Shown one piece after another: positions 25,349 through 39,237 of a stretch of 64,000 nucleotides of DNA. The position numbers were made by a program, and so were the translations under genes. The number at the start of each line of letters is the position of its first letter. The first letter of the stretch is position 1. Source of the stretch: Haliotis cracherodii (Eukaryota); NCBI RefSeq assembly GCF_022045235.1, contig NW_027266341.1, positions 52,266,001 to 52,330,000 on the forward strand, read 5' to 3'. Under the pieces are notes generated by a model that was not told the origin of the DNA, made no database searches, and was given only the letters and a program-made list of their open reading frames with translations.

Positions 25349-26420
25349 GGGAGCAGTATATGAAAGCAAGAAAAAATCATACCTATATTTCATCTGCAGT
25401 TGACGCGAACGTCAAAATGTAGTTAGTAACAATATCAATAATTATCTCTTTAAGAAATGCTCGGACGAATGAATTATTGCTAAAGGTAAAAGTACATTGT
25501 TCACGTGTTGGTTGGCAACCTGATGACATTCACTAAACAGTGAATGAACGCTGTTAACCGGGCAATTACACAAATAATATATGATCAGTATTTCTCAGGA
25601 AGAGTTTACCGGTATTGTAGCAGGGAGCGCCCCCTGGCGGGGGAACAGTTGGATATATGAATCTCGATAAAGGGAAATACCATACGCCAAGGGATCTGAT
25701 AATGTTGTACCGAATGTGGGGATTCGTTAGGCGAAACGCCACATCTGCCAGCACTATCTCCCTACTACTTCAGTCACGCAGTACAACTGCAACGGCAACG
25801 TAACACCGTTGTAGAAGTCGTTACGTTCGTGGCAGGAACACGTTGTAAATAACGATCATGGATCTTTCACATTTCTTCTGGATCGTGTATGTCAGTGGAT
25901 GGTAGATAATGCGGCGTGAATATGAAAGTGTTACAGAGTACATGCGAACGCTGTGTGACGTGTGTGTTCTGTCTGTAATTGACTTGAAGAAAATCATTAT
26001 CAAATAGATAAACAATAAACTAAAAAGTGAGAGGAAGAGGGATTTCAATCAATTTGCTCTACAAAGTTTGTTTTTATAGAAAACAGTTCTCAAACACCAG
26101 GTGCACTTCGAAAATGTTTACAGAATATAGATGTGTAAATAAGTAAATACAAACATATCATCAAACATTTCTTTCTTTGATGTTGTACGTTTGGTATAAA
26201 TTGAATTTCCACATTGTGCCATTCCGTTCTACTGGTAATATAAAATCTTATACTCCATTCATAATAACATTCCGTAAGGTATCTATGGCTAAAACAGAGA
26301 TATCCTGTTTCCATATTGTGAAGTAATATCATTGGAATCGGTGGTAGTATTCTAAAATTCCACCAAATACCATTCTCATTTCCACTATTACATTGAAGTG
26401 ATATTCGTCATTCGCTTTAT

Positions 26421-26695
26421 GGGGGTACGGGTGGCCCAGTCGTCTAAGGCGCCGAGATTCGCTGTGCAGAGTTGCGTCCCTTGGGCACACCAGAAACCTA
26501 TGATTGGGGTTCGAATCCCGGTTCGCCCCGATTATGTTTCTAGGTTTATCAGCACCATACCCGTGCTCGTGGGTTTCACCGAAGTGGTAAACGTCAGAGC
26601 CCTGCATCACTTCAGGCTTTCCTCCCACATTAAGCTGACACGCCGTGATATAACTGGAATATTGTTAAAAGCGGCGTTAAACCCAACTCACTCAT
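26421..26695 (+). mobile_element. SINE family D, full length
   Basis: TSD tcattcg(c/t)tttatg. Confidence 0.92.
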
Positions 26696-29609
26696 TCGTT
26701 TTATGTCATATGGTAAAGGCAACCCATCATCACAAAAGTATTTCAGTACAGACAATTATATCAAAGTGTTATATTTCGATAGGCATTTTGGTGTAAGGTT
26801 CCATCATAATCTACGCTCCAACTATGTGGTATGAGAACATGTCTGTACCCAGCCACTTATCAAGCCCCTCAGTTCTACCCGCACGTAGAGTGTACTAAAA
26901 CGTGTATTGTTATCAACAGTGAGACCTGGAAGAGTTCAAAGTGTTATTAACAACCTAGCCTGACCCTGAGTACAAAAGTGTTAATCTTTATTGGCCACCA
27001 ATACAGACCATTATCTCGACATGTCACTGAACTGATCCAATAAAGTACCGTGTTCGTTTCCTCCTCAACCTCCCGTCACATCGGTCAAATATTAGTGTTG
27101 TTCTTGACACGATAAATAGATGGTCTATCTTTTTATTGCAAGGTCTTCATACAGGTTTCCAATTTAACCAAAGCTCCCCGATCGTACCAATTGCTGAGAA
27201 CCAATGGTTTAATGGAAATCCTTGAACTTCATTTATCAAAGGATATGAAAAATGCAGTTGGCTTCCAACAACACATTGTCCGGGGTTAATGCAAATCCTT
27301 AAAATACATATATCAGTTGTTTGGCATAAATGCAATTCGTACCAAATGCACACATGCACCAATAGGTTCATGCTAATCCTCAAACTGTATATCAATTGTT
27401 TGAATAAAATGCAATCTGCATCGAATACATACATGCACCTTTATGTTTGTTTTGTGCAAAGTCAATAATAATTTTTACCCGCACAGAGGTAGCTTCCAAT
27501 GTTCCCAGGACATGCAATAAATTCCCATTTACCAGAGTGGGCTGGTGACCTGTGTTGAGTGCAATGGAGATTGAAAACATGGTTACAGTTTGAAAAGATT
27601 GAGCTGTAATTTTAAATTAAATGAATTGCGGATCCTTTTCTAAGAAGTTGAGCCAGGTATTCCAGGAGATCGAAGGATTAAACGTCTTTGGGTACCAGCA
27701 TCTGCCTCCTTGTATTTGCCTTTGAAAGTTCTTCATCAACAGCTGAGGCAAACAAGTGTGAATGATTTACCAGTAAGGTATTAAAAATACAACCCCATGC
27801 TTGTCAACTGCAGACAGAAGACCGACTCAACCAGGTGACGGAGAGAAGATTAAAGGTTTTTGTTAAGGAGGACAACATCAATTTCATAGTCAGTTTCCCA
27901 ATCCGCGAATTCCATTCCTTCAAAGGAAATGCAACCTTTGTTAGAGGCAAGCTATTGTTGATAGAATTCTTCGCACGCATATTTTGCAACTGAATGGAAA
28001 ACAGTACTGTTATGACGATATATAACATTAAAAGGTTGTCGATAAAGGATACACCATTCCAGGCCGAAATAAAGCTTTCAAAACGTTTTATGGTAGACAT
28101 GTGGAGGACATTTCCACATTTGACGCATCTGGGACAAAAATGAGGTCCGATGCAATTCCTTATTTTGACTTGTACCATGTTTTGCCGTGTTGTTTTCAGG
28201 TGAACATTGACTTGCCTTCGCATGTGTTTGTGACCGTTGCCACCGGTGGGGCAGGATACGATCACCTATTCGCGTACACCTGGTATCATCACTATTTGAT
28301 AGTGATTCATAAACACTTGCTTATGATATAGTCGGAATCGTACAATCGACTCTGCTGTAAGAAGAGATTCCTTTTGAATATTGAAAGGGATTTTTCGCTT
28401 TTATTTAGGAATAATCACAACTACTGCTGTGACGGTACTCATAATTCCCCCACTGCTCGGCCTGGCTCAGACAGACAGACATGAAATAGCAGGATAAAGC
28501 AGGAACAGTGCTGACTGTCGCGTTAAACTGCGTTCTCTTAACACTATTCTCGAGATTCTGATTGTACTATATAAGGACGGCACTTCTAAAAGACTTCTTT
28601 ATTGTTGGTTATTGGACAAAACGTGTCTGTCTTCACCAACAATGCCCATTGGGATCACAGAGGACATCAACGGAGCCCTAGCTCAGCTCACCGTGAAAGT
28701 AAATAAACTTTCACGACCCATAAATGCGCACGAGTGACAGTATCAGTCCACGAGACACAATCCCGAGGTGTCTCACAACGGCAAGGCTATGAAACTCAAT
28801 CGAGCATGATCCTCTATTGATCGACGTTGCATGTATGTGTCGGCGTCCATTGCAGTGACGGGATTTAATGATTACCGTTTTACAGAGCACAGGCATAGAG
28901 TTGTGTTACTGTTTATGAGCCGTACCATATAAAGGACAAAAACGTGGATATTCTGTGTCTCAAAACGTCTACAGGTTGTGAATAACGGATTGACGTTGCA
29001 ACTTCACGTTCAGAGTGAACGCCCTAGTTACACACCACTCCTTCTCGACGTATTGGCACTGAAGATATGCTAGGTTTATGGGACACTTAAGTCTGTCATC
29101 CGAACATAATGTGTGTAATTATTTAACAAATATGTCAGATGACAAAAGCTGGGTTTATAAATCGCATCTTATATATTTCCGTCTTTTGTAAAACAATCCT
29201 TTATAGAAACTATAAAAATATACAATGCTATCGAAATCCTTAGTGTTGGGATTTTATGTTGTAAATGATACCTGTATAAATAATACTTAATAGATATATA
29301 TTGTACATGTTTATAGCGTCAGTGTGTACATGTTCGTTCTCATCTATCCAGCAAACCACATGATCAACGTTGCCAAGTGTTGAATCAGTTATTCCCAAAT
29401 ATATATTATCTTAAAGCTAAGGATTTTGCAAAAGGAAACAGTTATGTGTACAAGAATATAATAAAATATGACTGCCGTTAGCTCAGGATTTATCAAACCC
29501 CAAGGGTCATTTAAAGACACTTCGTCTTGTCGAAAGTTCGTTATTCGTGTTATGATTAGGTAAGTGTAGTTCGTTATAGATAGGAGTTCGACGTGTCATA
29601 GCCGTTTCG

Positions 29610-29975
29610 CAATATCCGACAACGATGTAGTCGACGTTTTGCAATTTCAAACAACGTGAATACAATACACTTTTAACAATATCCGACAACATTATAATTG
29701 ACCTTTGCAATATCAAACAACGTGAATATAATATACGTTCAACAATATTCGACAACATTATAATCGACGTTTTGCAATATCAAACGACGTGAAAATAATA
29801 TACGTTCAGCAATATCTGACAACATTATAATTGACGTTTTGCAATATCAAACAACGTGAATATAATATACGTTCAGCAATATCCGACAGCATTATAATTG
29901 ATGTTTTGCAATATCAAACAACGTGAATATATTATACGATTCGCAATCTCCAGCAACGTTATAATCGATGGTTTT
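29610..29975. repeat. 67-bp tandem repeat (about 5.4 units) made of two related 32/35-bp subunits
   Basis: Unit caatatccgacaacattataattgacgttttg + caatatcaaacaacgtgaatataatatacgttcag. Confidence 0.92.
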
Positions 29976-31174
29976 TAGGGAAACGTTTGAATCAATATAC
30001 GGCAAAATCACATTTTCACAATTTCCTACAACTTTATTGTTAACCCTTCGCCGTAGACAACAACGTCGTGGTCCAGTTTTTCATCATACAATAACATCAA
30101 GTCGATGCTGCGCAGTGTCCGACAAAGCTAAAAGACCACGTTCAGCGTAATGCGACGTGAACACAATTGACGCATGCGTATTGGCCAATTACGTTAAACA
30201 CCACGTGTCTCGATATTTAGTGACATAGCAGTCGGCCATTCGCATTTTACGATTATTTAAAAAAAAAAAATATTCAAATATTTCGACGCTTCGCATCATC
30301 CGACAACGTTAAAGGTCACGTTTAGCATTCTCCGACTACTCCATCGGATTTGCCATACTCGTCATATATGGGTCTCCTGTTTCTCGGGATCAACTGCTTC
30401 ATACAGATGTGATTAAATGTAACCAATAACCATTCTGTTTTCACCTACAACCGGCGTTACCGCATTTACCGGAGAACGGAGTAGGCAGGTGGCAGATTGG
30501 AGAGATGGAGTGGCGCTGGTCCCATGATGTAGCATAACACATGGTACTGTCTCTCCGTTCTCATACAGAACTAGACTGTAATCATTGGTTCAACCTGCCA
30601 ATTAGTTCCTGATCGATCACATCTCACTTTTATAGACTCCGTGCTATTGTTACTGACAACCTGGGATATTTTAGGACGTGCATTGCTATTGTGCATTATG
30701 CGAAATAATTCCTTTGGGACGTTGGACTTCTACGTGTAAAAATTGCAGTTTCTGTCATCGGTAATTCCGCAGCGGTTTCCGGTTTTAAAAAAATGTTTGC
30801 ACATCATTTCGTATTTTAAAGACATACAGAAGTCAGACATGCTCGTGTTCTGATGACGGAACTGTGAATTTTTTTGTTCGTTGAAAAAAATCTCATTGTA
30901 AAGTACCTCAATAGATTTACTGCCTAGACTGTGTATTAAGTTTTAAATATCAAGTATTTAAAGTTGCATCATGATAACTTTGTGTTTTCACGTTATAATA
31001 TTGTTTCATCTTTGTTAAAAGATAGGGTAAAAAAATGGTCTGAAAATGAAGTAAATCATAAATTAACTGATTAAATTCTTGTAGTTGACCAACAGGCATA
31101 TACACAAACTAAACTGAAACATATAACCATATTTATCTAGAGTCAACTCCGGATAATACGAATAAACAGTTTTC

Positions 31175-31304
31175 GGTCATCACGCCGAAGACACAGGTTC
31201 GATTCCCGACATGGGTACAATGTGTGAAGCCCATTTCTGGGGTCCCCCCTCCTGATATTGCTGGAATATTGCTCAAAGCGGCGTAAAACCATACCCACTC
31301 ACTC
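31175..31304 (+). mobile_element. SINE family A, 5'-truncated
   Basis: Match from cacgccgaagac to the tail. Confidence 0.85.
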
Positions 31305-31426
31305 CCGAATAAACGGCTATCAACCTTCTTTGTTATTGTCCATGTGAACAATGAACATCGGTTACAACGAACTGATTCTGAGGCACCTTACTGTAACATC
31401 CGTGGTCAGCTGTAACTCAAAGCAGA

Positions 31427-31726
31427 GTGAGTGAGTGAGTGAGTGAGTGAGTGAGTGAGTTGGGTTTAACGCCGCTTTTAACGGTATTCCAGTTATACCG
31501 CGGCGTGTCAGCTTAATGTTGGAGGAAAGCCCGAAGTGATGCAGGTCTCAGACGTTTACCACTTCGGTGAAACCCATGAGCACGGGTATGGTGCTGACAA
31601 ACCTAGAAACATAATCGGGGCCAACCGGGATTCGAACCTACAATCATAGGTTTCTGGTGTGCCCAAGGGATGCAACACTGCATAGCGAATCGCGGCGCCT
31701 TAGACGACTGGGCCACCCGTGCCCCC
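31427..31726 (-). mobile_element. SINE family D, full length
   Basis: 13-bp TSD aactcaaagcaga; long (gagt)n tail. Confidence 0.93.
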
Positions 31727-31947
31727 AAACTCAAAGCAGATGTGTTGCACTATTTCATAGATGTTTTTTTGTAAGACGTTGTCTAAGTATTTCGACTCCG
31801 GTGTTCTTGGCACGAACTCGACTCTTATCATTCTTCAAAAATTATCAGAAAAAGTTGATGGTATAATTAGAACAAATATCTGCCAATATCTACATAACAC
31901 ACTCGCAATCCCTCTCGCAATTCCCCCAACCCCCGCCTCCCCCCCCT

Positions 31948-31948
<1 letters not shown>

Positions 31949-32008
<60 letters not shown>
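31949..32008. repeat. (CA)n microsatellite
   Basis: Direct inspection. Confidence 0.95.
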
Positions 32009-33324
32009 CATCCCTCTTACTTTGACACACAAGAGTCAACGTCATCTCATAAACGTATAATCCCCACTTCTTTAAATCTCAAACAACGTCAGCTTGAATT
32101 GAAGGGTGCATGCTTCATAACTCCACAAACCAGAATATAAGTGCATGTTGATATCTCCTTAATACACTTGTAATTAACTTGAGGCAAAAGTGTTTACACT
32201 CAGAACGTGGATAATAAACCATCAAGAGAGAGTAATTAACAGCAACGCAGAGATCAACGTATGGGAGACCGGTTAGGACATCTGTGGCCGCCGTGATCAC
32301 TGCAACACCTTTATACCAAGCGATGACAACCAGACTCTCAGGGATATCGTATTATCAATCAATTTGTTGGCGAAATTGAAAGTATCTTGATGGCTGTACA
32401 GGCATTGTCGACATCAGGTCCTCAATCTAGCTCAGCGACACGAGCAATGATTTTTCGATATCTGTTTAACTTGGTCTGTGGTCTACAGTACAACAGCAAT
32501 GAAGGTGATATAATTGACACAGCCTGTGTTCACCAAAGCCTTGATTTACCGTCTAATGTCACAACGGTGTTGTGGGGATCACTGCTGCAATCAATAGCCA
32601 TGTTTTACCCTACAGCATACCGACACCATAGCCCTCGTTATGACAAATCTATGAATAATATTAGAATGCACTATTTCTGTAAGGAAGGCCAAAAAAGGCC
32701 TGTATCCTGAGGCTTGACCCCAACAGTGCCTCCGCCTTATGGGGTTCCCCAGTGGGGGACTTAAGACGTGATGGAATTAAATTACATACAATAATTTCAT
32801 GTTATGGATAACGTTTGTTATGTTATTTTCAGTGATCATTTATATATTTTTTCACGGCTATTTGCCCTTTCATGTTCAATGGAATATGTTTCGGTGGACA
32901 AACGAGACTGGTATACCCTGTGGATAATTCACATGCATGTGGTGCCACCTAATCTACAAACAGACTGGATGACTGCTGTTTTAATAACCAATAAACATCC
33001 TAATATTGCCAAATATTCATTGTATAAGAGTAAAACATAATTAATATTCATGGTAATTGACATCATGCTTTCTGTGTGACGTCGTTAAATCCATCATATT
33101 TCGCTTTGCCCTTCTACTGACCATAACCACGTGAAGAATCATTATTGTTAAACACTGATCTTCATAATAATAAATTATGTCATGTGTTGCCCTAAGTTTA
33201 ACCTAAAAACTACAAAATCCATAATTTCAGCAATATGAATATTTATAACAATATCAAATATCATGACTGAATATTATAGGAAACCTTTGCTGTTTTGTGC
33301 TGCCATACATCTCTCGCACAATAA

Positions 33325-33468
33325 GGGGTCGTAGGGTAGCCTAGTGGTTAAAACGTTTGCTCGTCACGCCGAAGGCCCGTGTTCGATTCCCACATGGATA
33401 TGACATGTAACGCCCATTTCAGAAGACCTCACAATGATGTTGCTGGAATATTGCTAAACGCGGTGTAA
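33325..33468 (+). mobile_element. SINE family A, diverged
   Basis: A/B boxes, gtcacgccgaag and degenerate tail. Confidence 0.8.
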
Positions 33469-33504
33469 TACATTTTACAAATGGTAAGAATCAAGGCAAT
33501 AGTC

Positions 33505-33745
33505 GAGACAGCCCAGACAGCGAATGGGACGTTCCCCAGGAAGCCCTGCCTTGTCAAACCCACACATAACTTTTTAGAGAATGTGAAAACTCCACAACAC
33601 TGCAGCATTCTGCATTACCCAGATTGTCAGGAGGGATGTATTTCTGGTAGCAAACCCGGGTACTCTCCCAATGTCAGTCAACAGATTTGGAGGTAGGAAA
33701 CCTAAGGCACCGAGAACAATGGGGAGGCTGACAACTTGGTACTTG
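33505..33745 (-). mobile_element. R4/Dong-like non-LTR retrotransposon 3' fragment (cut by gap)
   Basis: Minus strand reads KYQVVSLPIVLGALGFLPPNL...MQNAAVLWSFHIL*KV, the C-terminus of a restriction-like endonuclease; paralog of 60310-60570. Confidence 0.8.
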
Positions 33746-36280
33746 NNNNNNNNNNNNNNNNNNNNNNNNNNNNNNNNNNNNNNNNNNNNNNNNNNNNNNN
33801 NNNNNNNNNNNNNNNNNNNNNNNNNNNNNNNNNNNNNNNNNNNNNNNNNNNNNNNNNNNNNNNNNNNNNNNNNNNNNNNNNNNNNNNNNNNNNNNNNNNN
33901 NNNTGTCTTATAAAATTATTTTGGCCCATATATATATAGGCAAGCGTGGGCCAGACTTGTATTTACAGCCTGATACCGAAACGTAAGACTACAAAATAAT
34001 ATTATAGGACACCGATAGAGAGCCTCAACAATGACAGTGGATAATGAGGCAGACTGACACTGCGCGGATTCCAGATATTGGGGAGATCAAGCAAGTTCAG
34101 ACTACACATCAGCAATACTGCCCAGTCACAGGGGACTTACATAAGGCTATATAGTGTTGAGGCGCGTTGCTGCTATTACATGCAATTGATTTCAGATAGA
34201 ATCTGGGGGATAAGTGATGATGATATGCCAAATGGACCACGCATGATTCTGACAGCGGGGATAAACAGTCGTTATATATATATTTCGGGAGCCACATGTG
34301 TTTCGTCTCTTCAGGCACCTCTTAACTTCTCTTTACGAAAAAACAGTTATCTGATATATATTTTATCATACTTAAAAAGTACAGAGAGCAAATCTATAAG
34401 CAATATCAAATTATATGAAATCGATATTGTATAATCAAAGTTTGATATTCTGGTAACAAATTTTATCAAATGATGTTAAGGAATAGGGATATTATTCAAG
34501 CCCTGTTGAACGATTTAATTCGAAACACTTCACATCAAAGAGGATGCAGAATTTTCTGATTGGGGTAGGATCAGCCAGTTGTCCAAGTTACTGAAGAATC
34601 GCAGGGCCTCGGTTCTGATCAATGAACCGAGTAATATCATCTCGAGGTATCAAAATATCATACTTATCCGTTTAAAGCGTGCCTCTATTACATTATGGGG
34701 AAGTAAAGCGAGGACAATTTCATTATGTGGAGCCAGAGATTTTGTTGATGTTCGTAGTGCTGTGATCGAGACCAGAGACCGATGGAGTTATCGTTATTGC
34801 TGAGTTGGATTACACGGCAGATATTGATAGATTCGGTCTCATACAACAGTGGTTGTATCCTCATATCTTTCAGACATTCAGGTAATCAAATAAATAATGA
34901 ACATAATAACTCTCTTGGGGTTAATTATTCCAGCATTCTGTAGTCGGTGGTCGTCTCGACACATGTGGAATCGTGATTTAACCAAACCGCTGGGTCATTG
35001 GTAGTCCAGATGCTTATGTTAAACGGAATTCTATCAAAAATATCTGGCAGTTATATTCATCCCAATTAGCAACATGAACATATTTAGTGGTCTCACCACA
35101 AGTAAATTCAATATGATATAGCCACAAAGTCTGTAGACAATTGTGGTTTCATTAAACTATATGTATATACATGTATAATGGTTTCGTTAAATGTTCATAT
35201 CAAATCATAGTAAAATTGTTCGTATGCAAAGATTTTTATTTGATATGGAAANNNNNNNNNNNNNNNNNNNNNNNNNNNNNNNNNNNNNNNNNNNNNNNNN
35301 NNNNNNNNNNNNNNNNNNNNNNNNNNNNNNNNNNNNNNNNNNNNNNNNNNNNNNNNNNNNNNNNNNNNNNNNNNNNNNNNNNNNNNNNNNNNNNNNNNNT
35401 CCATATGCAATAATTCTCCCCCAGTAAAGATCAGGTATTTGTAATCAGAATTTGTATATCAGAATATGAAATTTGAGATGTTTTTCACCAAATGTTATTT
35501 CAGAAGATTGCTGTGAAAATGGGCTTTATTGCAAATTGGAACAGTAAGCAGCCATATGATGTCATTTCGGTTGAATGCGGACAGGAGAACCAAAGTTATG
35601 GATGGAAGACATCACAACCTCAATGAAACCATTGATCACGGGTAATGATTGGGCATCGTTGATTTGAACCCAAGATTGCATTTTTTGTTACAGCTAACGG
35701 AAGCCAGTATGTACAGCGAAGGAAGTCAAGCCCCTTAGACCAAGAACACCAGTCAGTGTCGTTACATACTGATGGGATCCACAGACCAGTACCCCTGTTA
35801 CTTTGTCTCAACACGTCTTGATAAATCAACTACAAGTAAATATCCCTCTCAGCACCAAGTAAATACACACTCCACTCTAGGTCTTCATAACAGACATATT
35901 TCAGGACTATACAATCAAACAGGAAGGTCATAAATGTCAGAGGCCACTACAAGAATATGCGTTGATCCTAACAATCTGGACATCTTGTTTTACCTGTGAT
36001 ATGAATAGGAGGGCATTGAACCGCCGTATATAGACGATCCCACTGCATTCGTCGGCCCTCTGGTAGCAGGGCCATTGTGGGTTTGTCAATGGACTATAGT
36101 GTTCTCGTAAAGCAAGTATGTGGTGGCTAGAACCCTACCTGTAAATAACACTGATAGTGACTGCAGGATTGAAGTACGGAACTATAATACTTGTCATGTA
36201 TGAACGTACTTGTACTACTTGACTTATATGACTTCAACTGAGGAAATAAAACAACTCACCCAAAGGAATTTCTTGCACAG

Positions 36281-36435
36281 AAGAGAGGGGAGGAGGGGGA
36301 GAGAGAGGAAGATCTTGAGAGAGTGAATGGAGAGGGGAATAAAGTCAGATTAACCTCGACTGTACATGTTTCAGGGGTGGGTGAAATTTGGGTCTAACGT
36401 CGCGTTCAAGATTGTTACACTTATATAGCAACGTG

Positions 36436-36472
<37 letters not shown>

Positions 36473-36664
36473 AAATTTGGAGAGAGAGAGAGAAGGAGGG
36501 AGAGGAGAGAGAAAAGGAGTGTGAGAGAGGGGAGAGAGAGGGAGAGAGAGACAGAGAGACAAAGAGTGAGTATGATACTATACCTTCATATGTATGATAA
36601 TACATAAAAATTTGCTGCAAAAACTTAATAGATTCAGATCCTACACCCCCCCCCCCCCCCCCCC
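36281..36664. repeat. GA-rich tracts, family C tail fragment (36375-36440), (GT)n and poly-C
   Basis: Direct inspection. Confidence 0.85.
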
Positions 36665-37329
36665 ATGGCTGATACGACACTCTATGAACATATTCATCTT
36701 AATGTTGAACAAATATATTCAGACGGGTTATTATTAATGTTCTTGTGCGATCTAATAACATTGAGCATGTTTAAAATCGTGAATTGGTTCACTTATATAC
36801 GCTTATCTTACAAGATAGTGTTCAGATGTGAGCATCGAATGAAAGACTTTATTAAGAATATGAATCCATTTCTAAGTGAGCAAACATGTATAATATAAAA
36901 TGCAAAAACACATTATAACAACTTGATAAAAGTGTTACTGTATATCTGAGCTCTGGTTATCTATTTAGAGCACTCCAAGACAAACCCCAGCTTTCTGGTT
37001 ACCCCCAACAAATGTAATAACAGAGATAAAAATTTCGAAACCGAACGTCTTCGAAAACGGTACCGCGTAATGTGAAGAATAATTTGCTCTCTCATAAACA
37101 TAAACTGTTGTCCTGGCAACGGAGCGGAAATAATGTAAGAGGTACATACATTTGAAAGCAAATTGTACATGTTGATGGCGTTTTATGTATTTGTTCCCCA
37201 TTCAGCCGTGCTAGTGGACGCCATACTGGGGTGTACTACACTTCAATTTATAAATGAGGCAAGCATGTACACTTCCAGTCTATCCGGACCAGATGGCATG
37301 TAGTTTTACGCCGTATGTGTTTAACGTGT

Positions 37330-37870
37330 AAGAGATATGCGGCAACAGTATGTGGTGTGTGCTAAATACGAGGCAACACTTTTTGTAGTTTGTTTCATGT
37401 TAGTGCAACAGTTCATGTCTTGTGGTTGTTGTGAGAAATGCGTGGCGAACGCTTGTTGTGTTGGTTGTATGGCAATGCTTTCTGTTTTGTGATTTATGTG
37501 AGAGATATGTTGCAAAGCTGCTGTGTGTGGTTAATGCGGGAAATATGTAGTAACTCTTTCTGTTTTATGCTTGATGTGAGAGATTTGTGGCAAAGCTGTT
37601 GTGTGCATTGTGAGAGATATGTGGCAAAGCTGCTGTGTGCTTAATGTGGGAAATATGTAGTAACTCTTTCTGTTTTATGCTTGATGGGAGAGATTTGTGG
37701 CAAAACTGGCGTGTGCATTGTGAGAGATATGTGGCAAAGCTGTTGTGTGCATAATGTGGAAGATATGTGTGCAACGCTTTCTGTTTAATGCTGGATAGGA
37801 GAGATATGTGGCAACGCTCTGTGTTTAATGCTTGATAGGAGAGCGATGTGGCAACGATTCTTGTTTCGTG
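37330..37870. repeat. Degenerate minisatellite of about 37-bp monomers (gagatatgtggcaa core) with a 110-bp higher-order period
   Basis: aaatatgtagtaactctttctgttttatgcttgatg recurs at 37541 and 37651. Confidence 0.85.
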
Positions 37871-38921
37871 CTTGCTGGGGGGGGAAATGTGGCACTGGAT
37901 TGTCTGGTCCTGACTAGATTCTTTACAGACCTCCGTCATATAGCTGAAATATTGCTGAGTGCGGCTTTAAACAACAAATACACAAACAAATTCAACAAGT
38001 TTCGGCGGTATCTTGGACATTTAACACAGTACGACAAAGCCATATATAGACGTGTTCTATAGTTACAAAGAATTTCAGAATATATAAAGTAAATAAAAGC
38101 AACAAAACCTTTCCATTTTCATAAGAAATCTCTTTTTAAGTCAGAAAAGTAAAGAAGAGGGTGCTTAACTGTTTTTATGTGGCAGACGTTTGTGAATTTG
38201 AGATGTTTTACTCCTTAGATAATTAGGTTATTCAAGCTCACCCATAATTGTTTTATCACGGCAAATCACCTGCTCTAAATCACATCTGAATAGGTCATCT
38301 GTACATGTCACTCACTCGCTGACCCAATTTAGTGATTTGATATACACTGTTGATTGACCGTAATAGAACACTCCTTGATTGAAGATTATCAGTTAATGCC
38401 GCTGTGAACTACGCGTCTTTCTTGACCGAGGCCCTCATTCACCTTCACACGGCACTAATGTGTGGCCATTAGGGTGAAAATAAAGCTTTTATCAGAGACA
38501 TGTACATGGCATTCCTTCGACTGAAATATTATAATACAACTTCTGAATCATCAACGCAAGTGAAATCATATACCCCCTTTAATGCCTAGAGACACGTTGC
38601 TTACATTAATGCATTAGTCAATGGTGTTGATAAACAAACAACCCATGATATTTAAGACTAAGCTTGGTTCCTCTCGTGGTGCAAACGTTGAAAGCATATA
38701 TGATATCCCCGGACAAGACAACACCATCGAAATTGGAAGAAAGTAATTTGAGAAATATTGTTCAGAATACAATGAAAACCTTTTAGGCCATTTAACATGA
38801 GACTGGGGCCCAGAATCAGGGCGATGGGTGTTGAGTATTGTCTACTAACATATGTATAAGGGGATCACACGTCCGAAATCGAGATTCCTTAATCGGGAAA
38901 TATATTCTTCCGGACAATTTC

Positions 38922-39237
38922 GTCCGGGGTTCGAAACCAGGCCGCGACATACCAAAAGACGTTAAAGGGTGGTACTTGTTGTTACCCTGTCTAGCGTTCG
39001 GCATTAAGGGCTAAAACAACGACTGGTCGGCTCGGAGTCAGTATACTGTGTCTGAGTGGGGTATTCATGTTAAACTGCGGCATGGCATCTCAGTGAGCTA
39101 GCACTATAAATCGGCAACAGTCCGGACTAGTACAAGACAAGCAGCCACACAAACACACACACGTACATGCACGTCGCTATGTAAGTGCAATAATCTTGGA
39201 GGCGACGTTAAACCCCATTTCACCTCACCACCTCACC
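38922..39237 (+). mobile_element. SINE family C, 5'-truncated within the tRNA head
   Basis: C body and tail; TSD about caatttc. Confidence 0.9.

Noticed and set aside
27147-28331. Cys/Trp-containing ORFs hinting at lectin or sushi domains
   Set aside because: Stops occur in every plausible frame and no motif is complete; a decayed gene or TE cannot be excluded without a homology search.
29610-29975. CRISPR-like array
   Set aside because: Eukaryotic context, no unique spacers and no cas genes.
30473-30562. Inverted repeat as a pre-miRNA
   Set aside because: Only about 16 bp pair around a large loop.
30845-30895. ctgatga...gaaa as a hammerhead ribozyme core
   Set aside because: Stem II does not close correctly and there is no stem III or cleavage triplet.
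32709-32760. Small pseudoknot (gaggc/gcctc, gacccca/tggggtt) as an HDV-like ribozyme
   Set aside because: There is no room for P3/L3 and it is single-copy, so it is compatible with chance.
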